The notes under the pieces were generated by a model. It saw only the letters and a list, made by a program, of their open reading frames with translations, had not been told where the DNA came from and searched no databases. This document shows, one piece after another, positions 25,834 through 39,091 of a DNA stretch of 64,000 nucleotides. Both the position numbers and the translations under genes were made by a program. This stretch comes from Eledone cirrhosa (taxonomy: Eukaryota): contig OZ024745.1 in NCBI GenBank assembly GCA_964016885.1, positions 39,556,001 to 39,620,000 on the forward strand, given 5' to 3'. The first letter of the stretch is position 1. Each line of letters opens with the position of its first letter.

Positions 25834-26010
25834 CGTTTCTACTGTTGGCACAAGGCCAGCAATTACCCAGTGCATTACTGGTACTTTATTGTATCGACCC
25901 TGTAAGGATGAAAGGCAAAGTTAACCCCAGCAGGATTTGAACTCAGATCATAACGGACCGTAACACTTTGCTGCAAAGCATGGCGTCCGATCCTCTACCG
26001 ATACTACCAA
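25834..26010 (-). mobile_element. SINE, near full length
   Basis: Same family, at the homologous site of the second family-K unit. Confidence 0.88.
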
Positions 26011-26288
26011 TAATAATAGCATTCGATTCGTTTGCAATTATGCAAACAAGCCACACTTTTATACCCATGTCAGTAGAATGAACCCTTCATTCTTGCTCTT
26101 GTGTTGGCATGTGAACAGAACTGCAGTCTCTACAGTTCTCTTCACATGCCAATACAAGAGCAAGAATGAAGGGTTCATTCTATTGACATGGGTATAAAAG
26201 TGTGGCTTGTTTGCAAAATTGCAAACGAATCGAATGTTATTATTAATATTCGAAAAACTCGGATTATATTTAGTATATATATATATAT

Positions 26289-26860
26289 GGAAAAGAATGA
26301 AACGAAATTTCGTTTCTCACTCTTAGTACGGCTGATACTTAAATGTAAGTATGTATGTATACGTACATACCTATATGTATACAGACGTACAGTAGTATGT
26401 ATATATATACATAGATGCACAGATATATATATGTACGCATTGGTTTACCGAACATTTATTATAATGTTTGGTTTCTTTGTTTGTAAACAAAAAAACAGCC
26501 CGAATTACGCCGTACAGTGTTTAGGCAAACATCGTCGCCCTTTTGTTCAACACTGACACAGGTAGGATGTACTAGTTTCAAGCGTATTAGCTATCGTCAG
26601 CATCGTATACCTGCCTGCCAGATGATTGAACGTCTGAAAGTATATACTTTCCTTATGCATATTAACGGCTGAGCAGCCTAATTTGCATATCGAGTGAGTT
26701 AGTCGGCCGGGCGCACCGAAAACGATAAATGGAAAATTATGAAACGAAATTTCATTTCTCACTCTTAGTACGGCTGATACTTAAATGTAAGTATGTATGT
26801 ATACGTACATACATATATGTATACAGACGTGCAGTAGTATGTATATATATGCATACATGC
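26289..26860 (-). mobile_element. Second retrozyme-like family, ~441-bp tandem unit (about 1.3 copies)
   Basis: ATGAAACGAAATTTC.TTTCTCACTCTTAGTACGGCTGATAC occurs at 26298 and 26739; HHR and octamer inside; microsatellites on both sides. Confidence 0.8.
26559..26613 (-). ncRNA. Type I hammerhead ribozyme motif
   Basis: Minus: CAGGTA..GATG-CTGACGA-T AGC TAATAC GCT T-GAAA-CTAG-TA-CATC..TACCTG. Confidence 0.8.
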
Positions 26861-26879
26861 ACACACACACACACACACA

Positions 26880-27016
<137 letters not shown>

Positions 27017-27107
27017 TAAATATGCATATAATACACCCACACATATATAAAAATACACATATATATACAATGTCAGTTACACCCCTAGGAATGGAAAATA
27101 TGTTTTG

Positions 27108-27142
<35 letters not shown>

Positions 27143-27148
<6 letters not shown>

Positions 27149-27330
27149 GTTTGTATATGTATAATAAATCCAAAACAATGCAGGTATGGACATAGAATAA
27201 AGAATGCAAATGCAAAAGATATTGTTGACAATTAGTCGTTTACCTTAGATTTATTTAAATGTCCTTAATTTTCGAGATAATATCTCTTCTTCGGTTAAAC
27301 CATTGTTCTAAATAGCTTGCCAAGTCATGC
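27143..27330 (-). mobile_element. Family H single arm
   Basis: Homologous to 35277-35475; abuts (TA)n. Confidence 0.8.
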
Positions 27331-27609
27331 TGACAGGAAATGGTATAGAGTATCTGTTCTATCACTAATGTCAAAGAGTTAAGGTTAGGTGGATAACGAG
27401 TAGTCTCCCTTTAAAAGGTTTTTTTTTGTACATGCCTGTTTAAGTGTGTGGGAGAATGCATGAAGGTGTAAGTATGTGAGTGTGTGTGTGTGTAAGTGTG
27501 AGAAGATATGTCTATACGTTAATGTGGGGGTTAGACGTCATCTCGTGTTAGAACTGGTCTTTGTGTGTGTATGTGCGTGTGTAAGAGAGAATAAGTGGAG
27601 GTATATATA

Positions 27610-27692
<83 letters not shown>

Positions 27693-27846
27693 CAACATCA
27701 ACACTATCAACACAGAGCTGGCATATCTGAGAACTGACTAACTGCTTGATGAGGTCATACCAATTCAATGGCTATCATCGAAACATATATAGCAGGAAAT
27801 AAAGGATTATGAGTTCATGCAATTGACTTATGTTTCGTCACTATAC

Positions 27847-27901
<55 letters not shown>

Positions 27902-27932
27902 AAAGAATAGATGTGTAACACACGAGATATGA

Positions 27933-28310
27933 TATATTGGTAAAAGGAAAAGAAAATGCTGACTAATTGTTCCCAGTGAAAAATAGTTTAATTAGGAATA
28001 AGTAAAAATGAGTAATAGTATTGTTTAGTATTCAGTTTTGGTTTTAAGTTTTACCGGTTGCGCATTAATAATGCTTTTCAAAAATAACTTTGAGATAGAG
28101 CGCCCGTGATGTTTGTTCTTAACGGATTAGAGCAAACATCACGGGCGCTCTATCTCAAAATTATTTTTGAAAAGCATTAGAAATGCGCAACCGGTAAAAC
28201 TTAAAACCAAAACTGAATTCTAACCAATACTATTACAAATTTTTACTTATTCCTAATTAAACTATTTTTCACTGGTAACAATTTGTCAGCATTTTCTTTT
28301 CCTTTTACAT
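27933..28310. mobile_element. Family G fold-back palindrome (~180-bp arms) with variant HHR-like motif in each arm (28164-28199 plus; 28049-28084 minus)
   Basis: TTT-TTGAAAA-GCAT TAGAA ATGC-GCAA-CCGG-TA-AAA; arms are reverse complements around ~28122. Confidence 0.8.
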
Positions 28311-28421
28311 ATATATATATATATATATATACATTCACACATATACATGCACACATATATATGCACACATATACATGCTCTCCAATATATATATATATTT
28401 ATATATATACATATATATATA

Positions 28422-28468
<47 letters not shown>

Positions 28469-28967
28469 GTGTGTGTGTGTGTGTGTGCGTTTGTGTGCTT
28501 GTATGCATGTGTGTGCGTGTGTGTGCGTGCGTGTGTGCATCCTGCCTGATATACAGAGTGAATAGTTAAAGCCAGAAGGTGGATATATTAATATAAATGA
28601 TTTGAATAAATATTTCCCAGTTATAATAAGAATATTTTCTTCTGTAAAACGTATAAATATATCGATGATGTTTTATAATTTCAAATAAAATAGGGATAAA
28701 ATGAATATATAATTTATTACTTTTTATACATCGCAGTATAGAATTTTAGATAACTGATTATTATTAATATCATAATTAGAAGAAATTTCAAACTATTATC
28801 ACATAATTAAATAATCAATATTTTAGTAGTTCTACATTGCGATACTTTAATAGTCATATTATATAGCTCACATATTCCTTCTACGTAACTAACCGGATCT
28901 TGATGATTAATCATCAACATAGTTTCATTCGAATAGGCAACTAATACGCAGAGCATACATATGCTTA

Positions 28968-29341
28968 AAAGTAAGTAAGTGTTGTGTCCTCTGTTAAATA
29001 AACCAATTTGTTTACGAAATAGTATTGAAAATGAAAATTGCATGTAATGCCCAATGCTAATTCGTAAATTTCCTAACGTGTGATGAAAATTTCGAAGAAA
29101 TTGGCTATATTATCTTTAAGTTACATCTCAAAAAAGCCTAAAAATGCCTTTTAGATACGGTGTTTCGCCTAACGTGGGCCCTAGATCAGAAACAGTTAAA
29201 TAGTTTTAGCCCGTTACACTTCAAGAAATTTAATTAACGCATGTATAAAGTTTGAAAAAATCGGTCGGGCATTGCTCGAGTTTTAGGGATTTACACAGAC
29301 AGACACAGACAGGCATACACCCTCTGTTTTATATATATAGA
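28968..29341 (-). mobile_element. Helitron 5' part
   Basis: Homologous to 24140-24584 including the CAGA repeats and TATATATATAGAT end. Confidence 0.7.
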
Positions 29342-31148
29342 TAATATTTTATTGGTTTTGTTTCTAGAACAATTTTCCTTGGCGATTGCAGATCTTCAAG
29401 GATTGATGACATCAACTCTAAAAATATCCCTACCCATCAGATTACTATATTTATTCAGATATTATTTGTTACATGAAATACTGTAATTTGTTTCTTTTAG
29501 TATACATATTGACTTTATACATGTTATGTCTTAATTATATATTACTTAAATTATATATTACACAGAAAATATTGGTATTGTAAAATTACCTAAATATTCA
29601 ATTGGTATTCTAATGAAAATTGTTTATCTTAAATTCAAACTTATAAATTTAAACTGTATAACCTCTAAGCCACTGTTGTGCAATATTATATAAATACGTT
29701 CATACAACTAATTTTTCGAATATAAGATGTTTTATTATCAACTGTTTTAGTCAACAAGTGTTTCTCTATTTGCCATAGTAACAGTAAATATTAAACTTAT
29801 TCATCTCACCAAAATGTTATTCTCTATCTTAAATTATTCAAAATGTTATTCATTTATATATTTACATTTATGTGTTTATCTAAGTAATTTAGGGGATATC
29901 TCATATATACTTATACAAGATTTTTTAATATATATATATATATATATACACTTACATTTTTACATCTAATATAAATCAATTTCTTGGAAGAGTCTGATGT
30001 GTATTTTCTTCAAGTGTATATTTATTTGTTTACCTAACCACGCATACACAACCTATAGACAGGTAGAAGATTTTCATTACATATTTAATCCCACGTAACA
30101 CCACTCATTATGTGACGATGTTAGATAAACATATTTATAATGTTTAATTCCATTCTACAAATAGTTCCACACAAGAGACATTTTTTCTCATTCATCACAC
30201 ACGTTTTTATATTAATATTTCTTCATATAGTTACCATGATGAACATGTAGGAAATTAAAGGAAAGTTTTGCAAAATTTAAAATAATAGATTATATATCAC
30301 TTTCTATTCTTTCTTCGAGGCCAAAAAATTACAGATCTCTTCCTGAAATATTGGTACAGTGATTCAGTAGTGTTTAAATAGAACATAGATTGCCATTATA
30401 GCTTCGAATATACATTAACGACAGCGACAAATAACGAGTTTAGTTTTACGATATTTAAAAAAAAGGTTAGTTGCGGACAATTTGGTGTGAGAATTTGCAT
30501 TCATATGCCTGAGTGTTATGTCAGTTCTGTTATGGAAAATTAGGGATTTTTTTCCGTTGTAAACTTATGTATAGGCGAGAAGTAAAAGAAAAAAGAATAA
30601 ATGACTTTTCTTATAGTATCCAAAAAATAAACAACCAACTGCTTTCTGTTTAAAAAGCAAATTAATGTTGGTAGGTAACTGGACCTGATTTGCTAAAATA
30701 TCCTACGCGTCAAAATGCTGGAAGTGAAATATCACAAAAATATAGAGAGGTTATGGATTTGTCTTTCTCCATGTGCACATAAGAATGAAGCTTCAGTTAT
30801 ATTGGCTTATCAGTGCGGTATAATAATCTTAAGGATGTATTGTAGTTCTTAGAAAACTAATTTAAGATGTTAAACCTTACAATTCCATATTTATCCCTGC
30901 AGTCATACGAAAACACACATCACGCGAAAAAGCGTTTTATACACATGTGTGAGGCGTCAACAGAAGGAAAATATTAAGTTTCTCTGTCTTTTTAAGTATA
31001 TATATAAAATATGGAAAAGTTAAAGGAAGAATACTAAAAGAGAATTTAGGAAATGAATCAAAAGGCACGAAATATAAGGCTGCACAGCCAGCACAAGCGG
31101 AATACTGCAGCTTCGACTTGCATATAAAATACCGAAGGCATTGCCACA

Positions 31149-31200
31149 ATGAGTGGTCAGCGACGATGGAGATCCATTCTCAGGCGGGCTGCAATCTTCT
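31149..31200 (+). CDS. Candidate first coding exon MSGQRRWRSILRRAAIF (phase 1)
   Basis: CACAATG start context, GC-richer sequence not repeated in this window, followed directly by donor T|GTAAGA; no downstream exon identified. Confidence 0.3.
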
Positions 31201-31507
31201 GTAAGATTCAAGGCATGCTTTTAGCTATTCAGTACAGAATCTATTTCCCTTGAAACAGAAAATATATTTTACAGTGTTACATATGGGGCGCTAACTTACA
31301 TGTAGCCTATAGACGCTTGCCAATTGCACGACGTCCCACTGCATTAATTTGTCACTCTCCAGGAGCTTATATACTCATAAACGAACATTGATGCTTCTAC
31401 ATAGAGGTTAGATTTAAGTAATTTCATAGCTGCTCAACTGTACTATAAATAGACCATATACATACATATATATATATATATATTTATACACATACACACA
31501 CTCACAC

Positions 31508-31543
<36 letters not shown>

Positions 31544-31571
31544 ATGCATATAAACGTACATGTCTGTAAAC

Positions 31572-31681
<110 letters not shown>

Positions 31682-32115
31682 TATTCTATTATTTCAGCAT
31701 GAGCCAATCGTTTGAATTAGGAGGCTCCGGTTGTTACTAATATCTTTGTTTTCAGCAGAACTGGTTTGCTTCAGCAATATATATTTGTCTGGCGGACAAT
31801 AAACTTTTAGATGTCAGTGTAATCAATTTTGCAACATTGCAATTCACCACTGTTCTCATACTGCGTATTATAAAGCAGAACATACATGCTTGTCTGCACT
31901 TGACACATACCTATGTACACGCGATCCCAATAATATACAACATAGAAACGAAGCAGGGCCACGAATTTTGGGTTGTAGGGGCATAGTTTATTTGTTCATC
32001 TCTGTTTAAATTAATCTAGCAATATATCGATACATATAATCATAGAAGGTCAGACATCTGACACACACGCACACACACACACCCACACATACAGTCGCAC
32101 GCACACACATACATG

Positions 32116-32156
<41 letters not shown>

Positions 32157-32813
32157 ATGTGTGTAACTGATATTCTAAAACATAATGGGGTGCAAGCTTT
32201 GCAGTCATACACCGTAACTCTTTCCAGGCTTGACCACAGCCGATTTGTTCAGAGAAATGGAAAAATAGAGAGAAGGGGGGGGGGGGGGGGGCAGACAACT
32301 AAAACATGAGAAAGTTAATCGCAGCCTAGGCTAGACTGGTATATTATTTAATGACTTCAAAATAGGAAAGACCGATAGAGGAGAGCGGGAAGGAACAATT
32401 CATACCATTTTATCTCACACTCCAACGACTCTATCAGATCAATATAAATATACATACACAAAGACGCACCAACGGAAGCATATGTATATATGTATATTTA
32501 TATATATATGTGTGCGTCTGTGTGGGTGTGTGTGTGTGAGTCTATGTTCATTATAAGTGCTTTTGGTAAATATAGAAAGCTTTCAACATTCGTAGTTTGT
32601 AGTTACGATGGCGATTCAGTATATGAATAACACACGAGCAGAAGGACGTGCTTTTTGCTTGCGGCAATATCACAGAATCTGATTTTCATCAAAACATACC
32701 GATCTTAGAAGAACAACAAATGCATAAATTATAACATGTTTTGCATAAAGAACCGTTGAAATAATTACTATGATAAAACGGTTTATGTAACATCAGCATC
32801 TTTCTTAAAGTTA

Positions 32814-33018
<205 letters not shown>

Positions 33019-33132
33019 ATAGTTTAATACACATAACATGTATGCAACACCATAGGTCTCGGGTGTAATTCGGGCTGCTATTTGTTTACAAACAAACCGA
33101 CCATTATAATAAATGATCGGTAAACCCATACG

Positions 33133-33184
<52 letters not shown>

Positions 33185-33224
33185 TATATGTATGTATATA
33201 CATACTATTGTAGGTCTTCATACA

Positions 33225-33295
33225 TAAATGTATGTACGTATACATACTTATATTTAAGTATCAGCCGTACTAAGAGTGAGAAATGAAATTTCATG

Positions 33296-33335
<40 letters not shown>

Positions 33336-33430
33336 GGAAATTGCATTTCTCACTCTTAGTTCGGCTGTCACTTAAATATAAGTATGTATACGTACATACA
33401 TATATGTATGTACATATATATATGTACAGA
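33225..33430. repeat. Two 3' ends of the 441-bp family facing each other across one (TA)n
   Basis: TTAAGTATCAGCCGTACTAAGAGTGAGAAATG (TA)n CATTTCTCACTCTTAGTTCGGCTGTCACTTAA. Confidence 0.8.
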
Positions 33431-33456
33431 CGTACATACTTATATATATTTATATA

Positions 33457-33535
<79 letters not shown>

Positions 33536-33578
33536 GTGTATATATTTATATACTTATATATATATATATGTGTGTGTG

Positions 33579-33625
<47 letters not shown>

Positions 33626-33682
33626 ATATGTGTATGTGTATATGTATATGTGTATATATATATATGTGTATATATATATGTA

Positions 33683-33724
<42 letters not shown>

Positions 33725-33750
33725 CTTATTTATATATATCTGTGTATATA

Positions 33751-33828
<78 letters not shown>

Positions 33829-33836
33829 TATGTGTG

Positions 33837-33868
<32 letters not shown>

Positions 33869-33869
<1 letters not shown>

Positions 33870-34033
33870 GGACCAGAACACACGAAAGTACTCAATACTT
33901 ATGGTAGTAGAGTGGGTAATAGGAATAAGTATGACCCCGACGGCAGAGCTCACTCCGGTTCGACGGCTATTTCTGGAACAAGAAATAGCCGTCGAAACGG
34001 CTTGAGCTCTGCGGTCGAGGTCATACTTGTTCA
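33869..34033. mobile_element. Family F fold-back solo pseudo-LTR
   Basis: Homologous to 2553-2690; inverts at ~33979, within HHR stem II. Confidence 0.85.
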
Positions 34034-34035
34034 TA

Positions 34036-34304
<269 letters not shown>

Positions 34305-34315
34305 ATATATATATG

Positions 34316-34410
<95 letters not shown>

Positions 34411-35128
34411 TGTTTGGTCATATGTGTGTTTGTGTGTACTTGTGTATTTACTTATATTTATACATGTATGTATGTGTGTATGTATGTATTTGTATGTGTC
34501 TGTATATACTGTATGTATGTTTATGTATATGTGTATATGTATTCCATGTGTATGTATATGTGTGTATATGTGTATGTGTGTGCACGCGTATGTGTATATA
34601 TATTTGTATATATGTATATATATATATATATATGTGTGTATATATATATATGTCTATGTGTTTATTTATATATATATTTGTTTGAGTGTATGTATGTACG
34701 TTAGTATATGTATTTGTATACACACACACACACAAACATATATATTTATATATATTTATATATATTTATTTATATATATATGTTGTTATATTTGGGGAGT
34801 GTCATATTTGCGTAATATTGCCAGAATTAATAACAGAACACACTCACTGTTTGGTGGGTTTTCGCTTCTCGCTGTCTTTTATATCTGCGATCTAACTTGC
34901 TCTGTCCTCAATGTTGCCATGGACTGACCGGCGGTCAAAAATAATACAGATACAATATAGACTCAAACACATATATATAGTTTACATAATTTACATAAAT
35001 CTTTCGTTGCTCTTCTGCAACATCGTCAGTGGTGTTATATATATGTATATGTATGTATATATATATATATATATATACATATATGTATGTGTATATGTGT
35101 GTATATGTATGTATATGTATACGTTTGT

Positions 35129-35160
<32 letters not shown>

Positions 35161-35215
35161 ACGTGTGTGTGTGTACGTGTGTATATATATATGTGTGTAT
35201 AGTTGTACGTATGTG

Positions 35216-35269
<54 letters not shown>

Positions 35270-35276
35270 CATATGG

Positions 35277-35665
35277 TATAAACGTTTGTATTTGTAAAGA
35301 CAAAACAATGCAGGTATGGACACAGAATAAAAATACAAATGCAAAAGATATTGTTGACAATTAGTCTTTTAACTTAGACTTATTTAAATGTCCTTAATTC
35401 TCGAGATAATATCTCTTCTTTGGGGGAATTAATGAGGTTAAACCAGTGTTCAAAATAGCTTGCCAAGTTATGACTTATCAAGCTATTTAGAACACTGGTT
35501 TAACCGCTTTCCTTCCCTCCGAAGAAGAGATATTATCTCGAAAATTAAGGACATTTAAATAAATCTAAGGTAAAAGACTAATTGTCAACAATATCTTTTG
35601 CATTTGCATATTTATTCTATGTCCATACCTGCATTGTTGTGGCTTAACAAATACATACGTTTATA
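35277..35665. mobile_element. Family H fold-back palindrome with HHR-like motif (35516-35550 plus)
   Basis: Arms invert at ~35471; CCT-CCGAAGA-A GAGAT ATT ATCTC-GAAA-AT-TA-AGG. Confidence 0.8.
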
Positions 35666-35706
35666 CCTCATTACACAATGCTTCAAAGTGAACTATAACT
35701 TCCTCC

Positions 35707-35752
<46 letters not shown>

Positions 35753-35927
35753 GTATATATATACAAGTTATATATTAATATATATGATAAACACAAAACG
35801 TGTTTGTATTGTAACAGACAAAGTTAGCTAGCATGAAATAAACTAATTAAAGTGAATACAATTTGTCTGTCTCGATATAAGTCAATAAAGACAAGCTTAT
35901 ATTGGCAAAAGCCGTGATTCCTGGACA

Positions 35928-36362
35928 AATTTAAATTTCAAAATCCAAACCCGCTCCGTAGATGAATTTGAACTTCAGAAATGCCTCTTTCTTTGAGCTG
36001 ATTAATTGTAAGTGACTATGAGTTTAATCTCTAAATATAATATAGTATATTGCTCCTTAACTGTAGAGCTGATATTTAATCCCGTATAAACGGCTGTTAT
36101 TTCTAGCACCGGGAATACGGAATGGCTAGTATAGCTGGTTACACCACGTGTAATCAGACCTGCAACATTTTTGAAGGTGGAATGTACTAATTTTACTGGA
36201 TTCCTGTTGATAAGCACTGAAGATTTGGATATTTCACTTTTTATTTCAATTCCATTTCGATTCTCTTTATTTTTCAATTCATGTACCATCGTTGCGAAAC
36301 ATATTTGGGTTTCGAAGTTCAAATTCATCTACGGAGCGGGTTTGGATTTTGAAATTTAAATT
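35928..36362. repeat. 49-bp perfect inverted repeats with ~340-bp spacer (MITE-like or fold-back)
   Basis: 35928-35976 equals the reverse complement of 36314-36362. Confidence 0.75.
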
Positions 36363-36364
36363 GT

Positions 36365-36880
36365 GTGATTTTTAGCCCAGCCAGCGACTTGAAAACTCTG
36401 GTACAAACACTACACTTGTGACAATTATTGACACATAGTGCTGGGCCCATGGTACCATGTGACGACAAGTGTAGAGAGATCAGAGATCTCCAGATATGAA
36501 GCAATGCCTGTGCCTTGAAGCTTTTATAGTGAGCAAAGGCACTGCACAAAGCCAGTCCCACTCTCTTAACCAAGATGATATTTACCAAAAAGAAGAACAA
36601 GTCAACATCATTGGATACCATCAGGGTTGCAGGTGTTATATCAGAGTTTTCTTTCTCCTTGAATCCTGCCTTGACAAAGGCTAAGGGGTTATCCCTCCCG
36701 GTGATTTTGGATGGCCATTGACTCTTAAGAGCTCCTTTGCCCTTTGACAGGTTTTGTTTTTAGTCCTGCAGGATGTCCAAAGTCACCCTCCTCACCAAGA
36801 AACCTTGGTGGGGTTGCCAGTTTAGTCGCCAACGACCCGACCATGAGACAGGTTGTACTGGGATACATGTTACCAGTAGC
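36365..36880 (-). mobile_element. Probable internally deleted RTE-like LINE
   Basis: Minus ORF ends HKCSVCTRVFKSLAGLKI, like the C-terminal C2H2 finger of RTE-type ORFs; no RT retained. Confidence 0.45.
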
Positions 36881-37069
36881 ACCAACATACATACATACAT
36901 ACATACATACATACATACATACATACATACATACATACATACATACATACATACATACACACACATATATATATATATATACATAAATATGTGTGTGTGT
37001 GTATGGGTGCGTGTGTGTGTGTGTTGCTTCTAATATACCCAAAATGTTCTTTTGTTTACTGCTTTTGTT

Positions 37070-37640
37070 ACTGCTTTCCCCAAATACACATTTATCATAA
37101 CTACCTAAATAAAACTACGATCAAACTATCTTTTTCAGCCGCCACCAACATAAGTGACTACTTCACCTCTCATAATAACACAAAACATAACAGATATACT
37201 AGAAGATCAGACAATATCAATGACGCAAACCGAGTAAATACAACGATGAGCTCGAATTGGGCTAACCCTGATCGGGTTGAATTATTTTTGATTAACCAAC
37301 ATACAATTTATAATGCTGGTAGTAACCTAATTGTTAACCCTAACTGCAACTGTAGACATTTGGAAACATTTCCCTCTTACGGGTAATTTCCGTATGATAA
37401 TGTAGTTTATAGAAGTTCCGTTTCCACGCCATATTGTTCGATATTGGAGAAACTTACTACATGCAACCACATTAATTTAAGTAAAAAAAAAAAAAAATCC
37501 ATATGGCGTTTAAAGAAACTCTAGCATAGATAACACCCGCACATTGAATAGTTTGAAAGTTGCCCAAGCGTACAATACTGGCAAACACAAATGTAAAGTG
37601 TGTTTTACAATGTATTTCCAAATAATCAAGTCTGACTTGC
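37070..37640 (+). pseudogene. Penelope-like (Naiad-like) linker/endonuclease remnant
   Basis: FPQIHIYHNYLNKTTIKLSFS and NCNCRHLETFP..DNVVY align with HFPTSHKYHKILNPTTIRLSYS and NCNCTYPDNCP..KNIIY in the ORF at 53230-55052. Confidence 0.75.
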
Positions 37641-38251
37641 CAGTCTTAAATTGAATATCTGAATCTTTTCACATATACTTTCAGTGGAATTTCCACTCAT
37701 TCTTATATAGCTTATACGACCCAAACCTATTTAAGGCTACCATTGTATAGCTGCTACTACTACTACCTAATTATATAATTTTAAGGTGATAATAAACACT
37801 TGATTAAGTTTCATTTACATTAATAATTGCAGGATAAACTTACAGAAATAGTTTAATTATAAATTAGATGACTAAATACCAATTCCCACACGTCCACTAC
37901 CATCTCGCAGGGGTATACTTATTGACTCTGAAAATAGTTGGGCCTATAATTGGCACATAGTCGAGCAAACCTACCTTTGTCTTTGTCGTATATATTAAAC
38001 CCAATCACTGTACAAGTGTACACTAACACTGGCGGGGCTGAAGGCGTATTACCTGGTGACTGTACCACGGACGTTTGATTAACATTCTTATACCAGAGTA
38101 AATACGTTGACTTAATATCAATTACCTCGTGTTTCCATTAACAACATATTTATGACTATCCACGTGGTTGGAATTTAAAGAAAATGTCAGTGTTCAGTTA
38201 GCAAGCGAGTTAGTATAAGTATATGATTAAATATTATGCATGAATATATAC

Positions 38252-38281
<30 letters not shown>

Positions 38282-38286
<5 letters not shown>

Positions 38287-38441
38287 ATTAGTATATTTAC
38301 GAACATATGCGTACAGATGTACACCTCTGCTAGCAAATACATAAGTTATGTCATAGTACCTAGGTACTATGACATAACTTATGTATTTGCTAGCATAGGT
38401 GTACATCTGTACGCATATGTTCTTAAATATACTAATTCTCT
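38282..38441. repeat. 160-bp spacerless palindrome
   Basis: Centre CCT|AGG at 38361/38362; about 2 mismatches. Confidence 0.92.
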
Positions 38442-38852
38442 ATATGTATCTCCAAATTATTTATTTGTTGAGCAAACCTGCCAAATCCACTACTAAATTA
38501 TTGTAGTGGTAGTAGGCGTTGTCATTTTACTACCCCACTCCTTCCGACTAGCCTCAGTGTCACGTGATTGATTCTTTAGAATCTGCCATTTCACCAGAAG
38601 CAGTGAACTTTTTCAGTGCTTTGGAAACCAGTCCTCGCTAGCTGTTCCATCCACCGAATTATTATTTTTATATGAGTCCCTAGTGTCCGCGCATTTCCTG
38701 GAGACTTAACTGAGAATAGACTCCCTGATGACGTAATGAATTCTCGAAGTTACATTACGTAACTATATTTATCCCATTACAGAAACTAATTAGTTGGAGT
38801 GAAAATTTTAGTAAGTTAATTTTTAATTTTTAAAATTTTCTTATTTTACGTC

Positions 38853-38900
<48 letters not shown>

Positions 38901-38902
<2 letters not shown>

Positions 38903-39072
38903 CGAAGAAGGGTTTGTAAGGAACCAGGTGGACCATAACGCACGAGAGTACTCAGTACTTAAGGTAGTAGAGTGGGTAATGGGAAAATGTTCAAGACCCC
39001 GACTGCAGAGCTCAAGCCGTTTCGAGGTCGAAACGGCTTGAGCAGCCGTCGGGGTCTTGAACATTTACCTAT
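38901..39072. mobile_element. Family F fold-back solo pseudo-LTR
   Basis: Inverts at GTTTCGA-GG-TCGAAAC (~39025); TA on both sides. Confidence 0.88.
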
Positions 39073-39091
39073 GTATATATATATATATAGT

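Larger units (their letters stand above)
25140..26275. mobile_element. Family K tandem-plus-fold-back array (unit ~450 bp excluding SINE) with HHR-like motif at 25498-25541 (minus)
   Basis: Direct repeat starting ~25148 and ~25778; inversion at ~26126-26133; minus CTGTA-CTAATGA-AGGG TGATA CCCA-GAAA-C ATTA G-TA-TCTGCAG. Confidence 0.75.
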
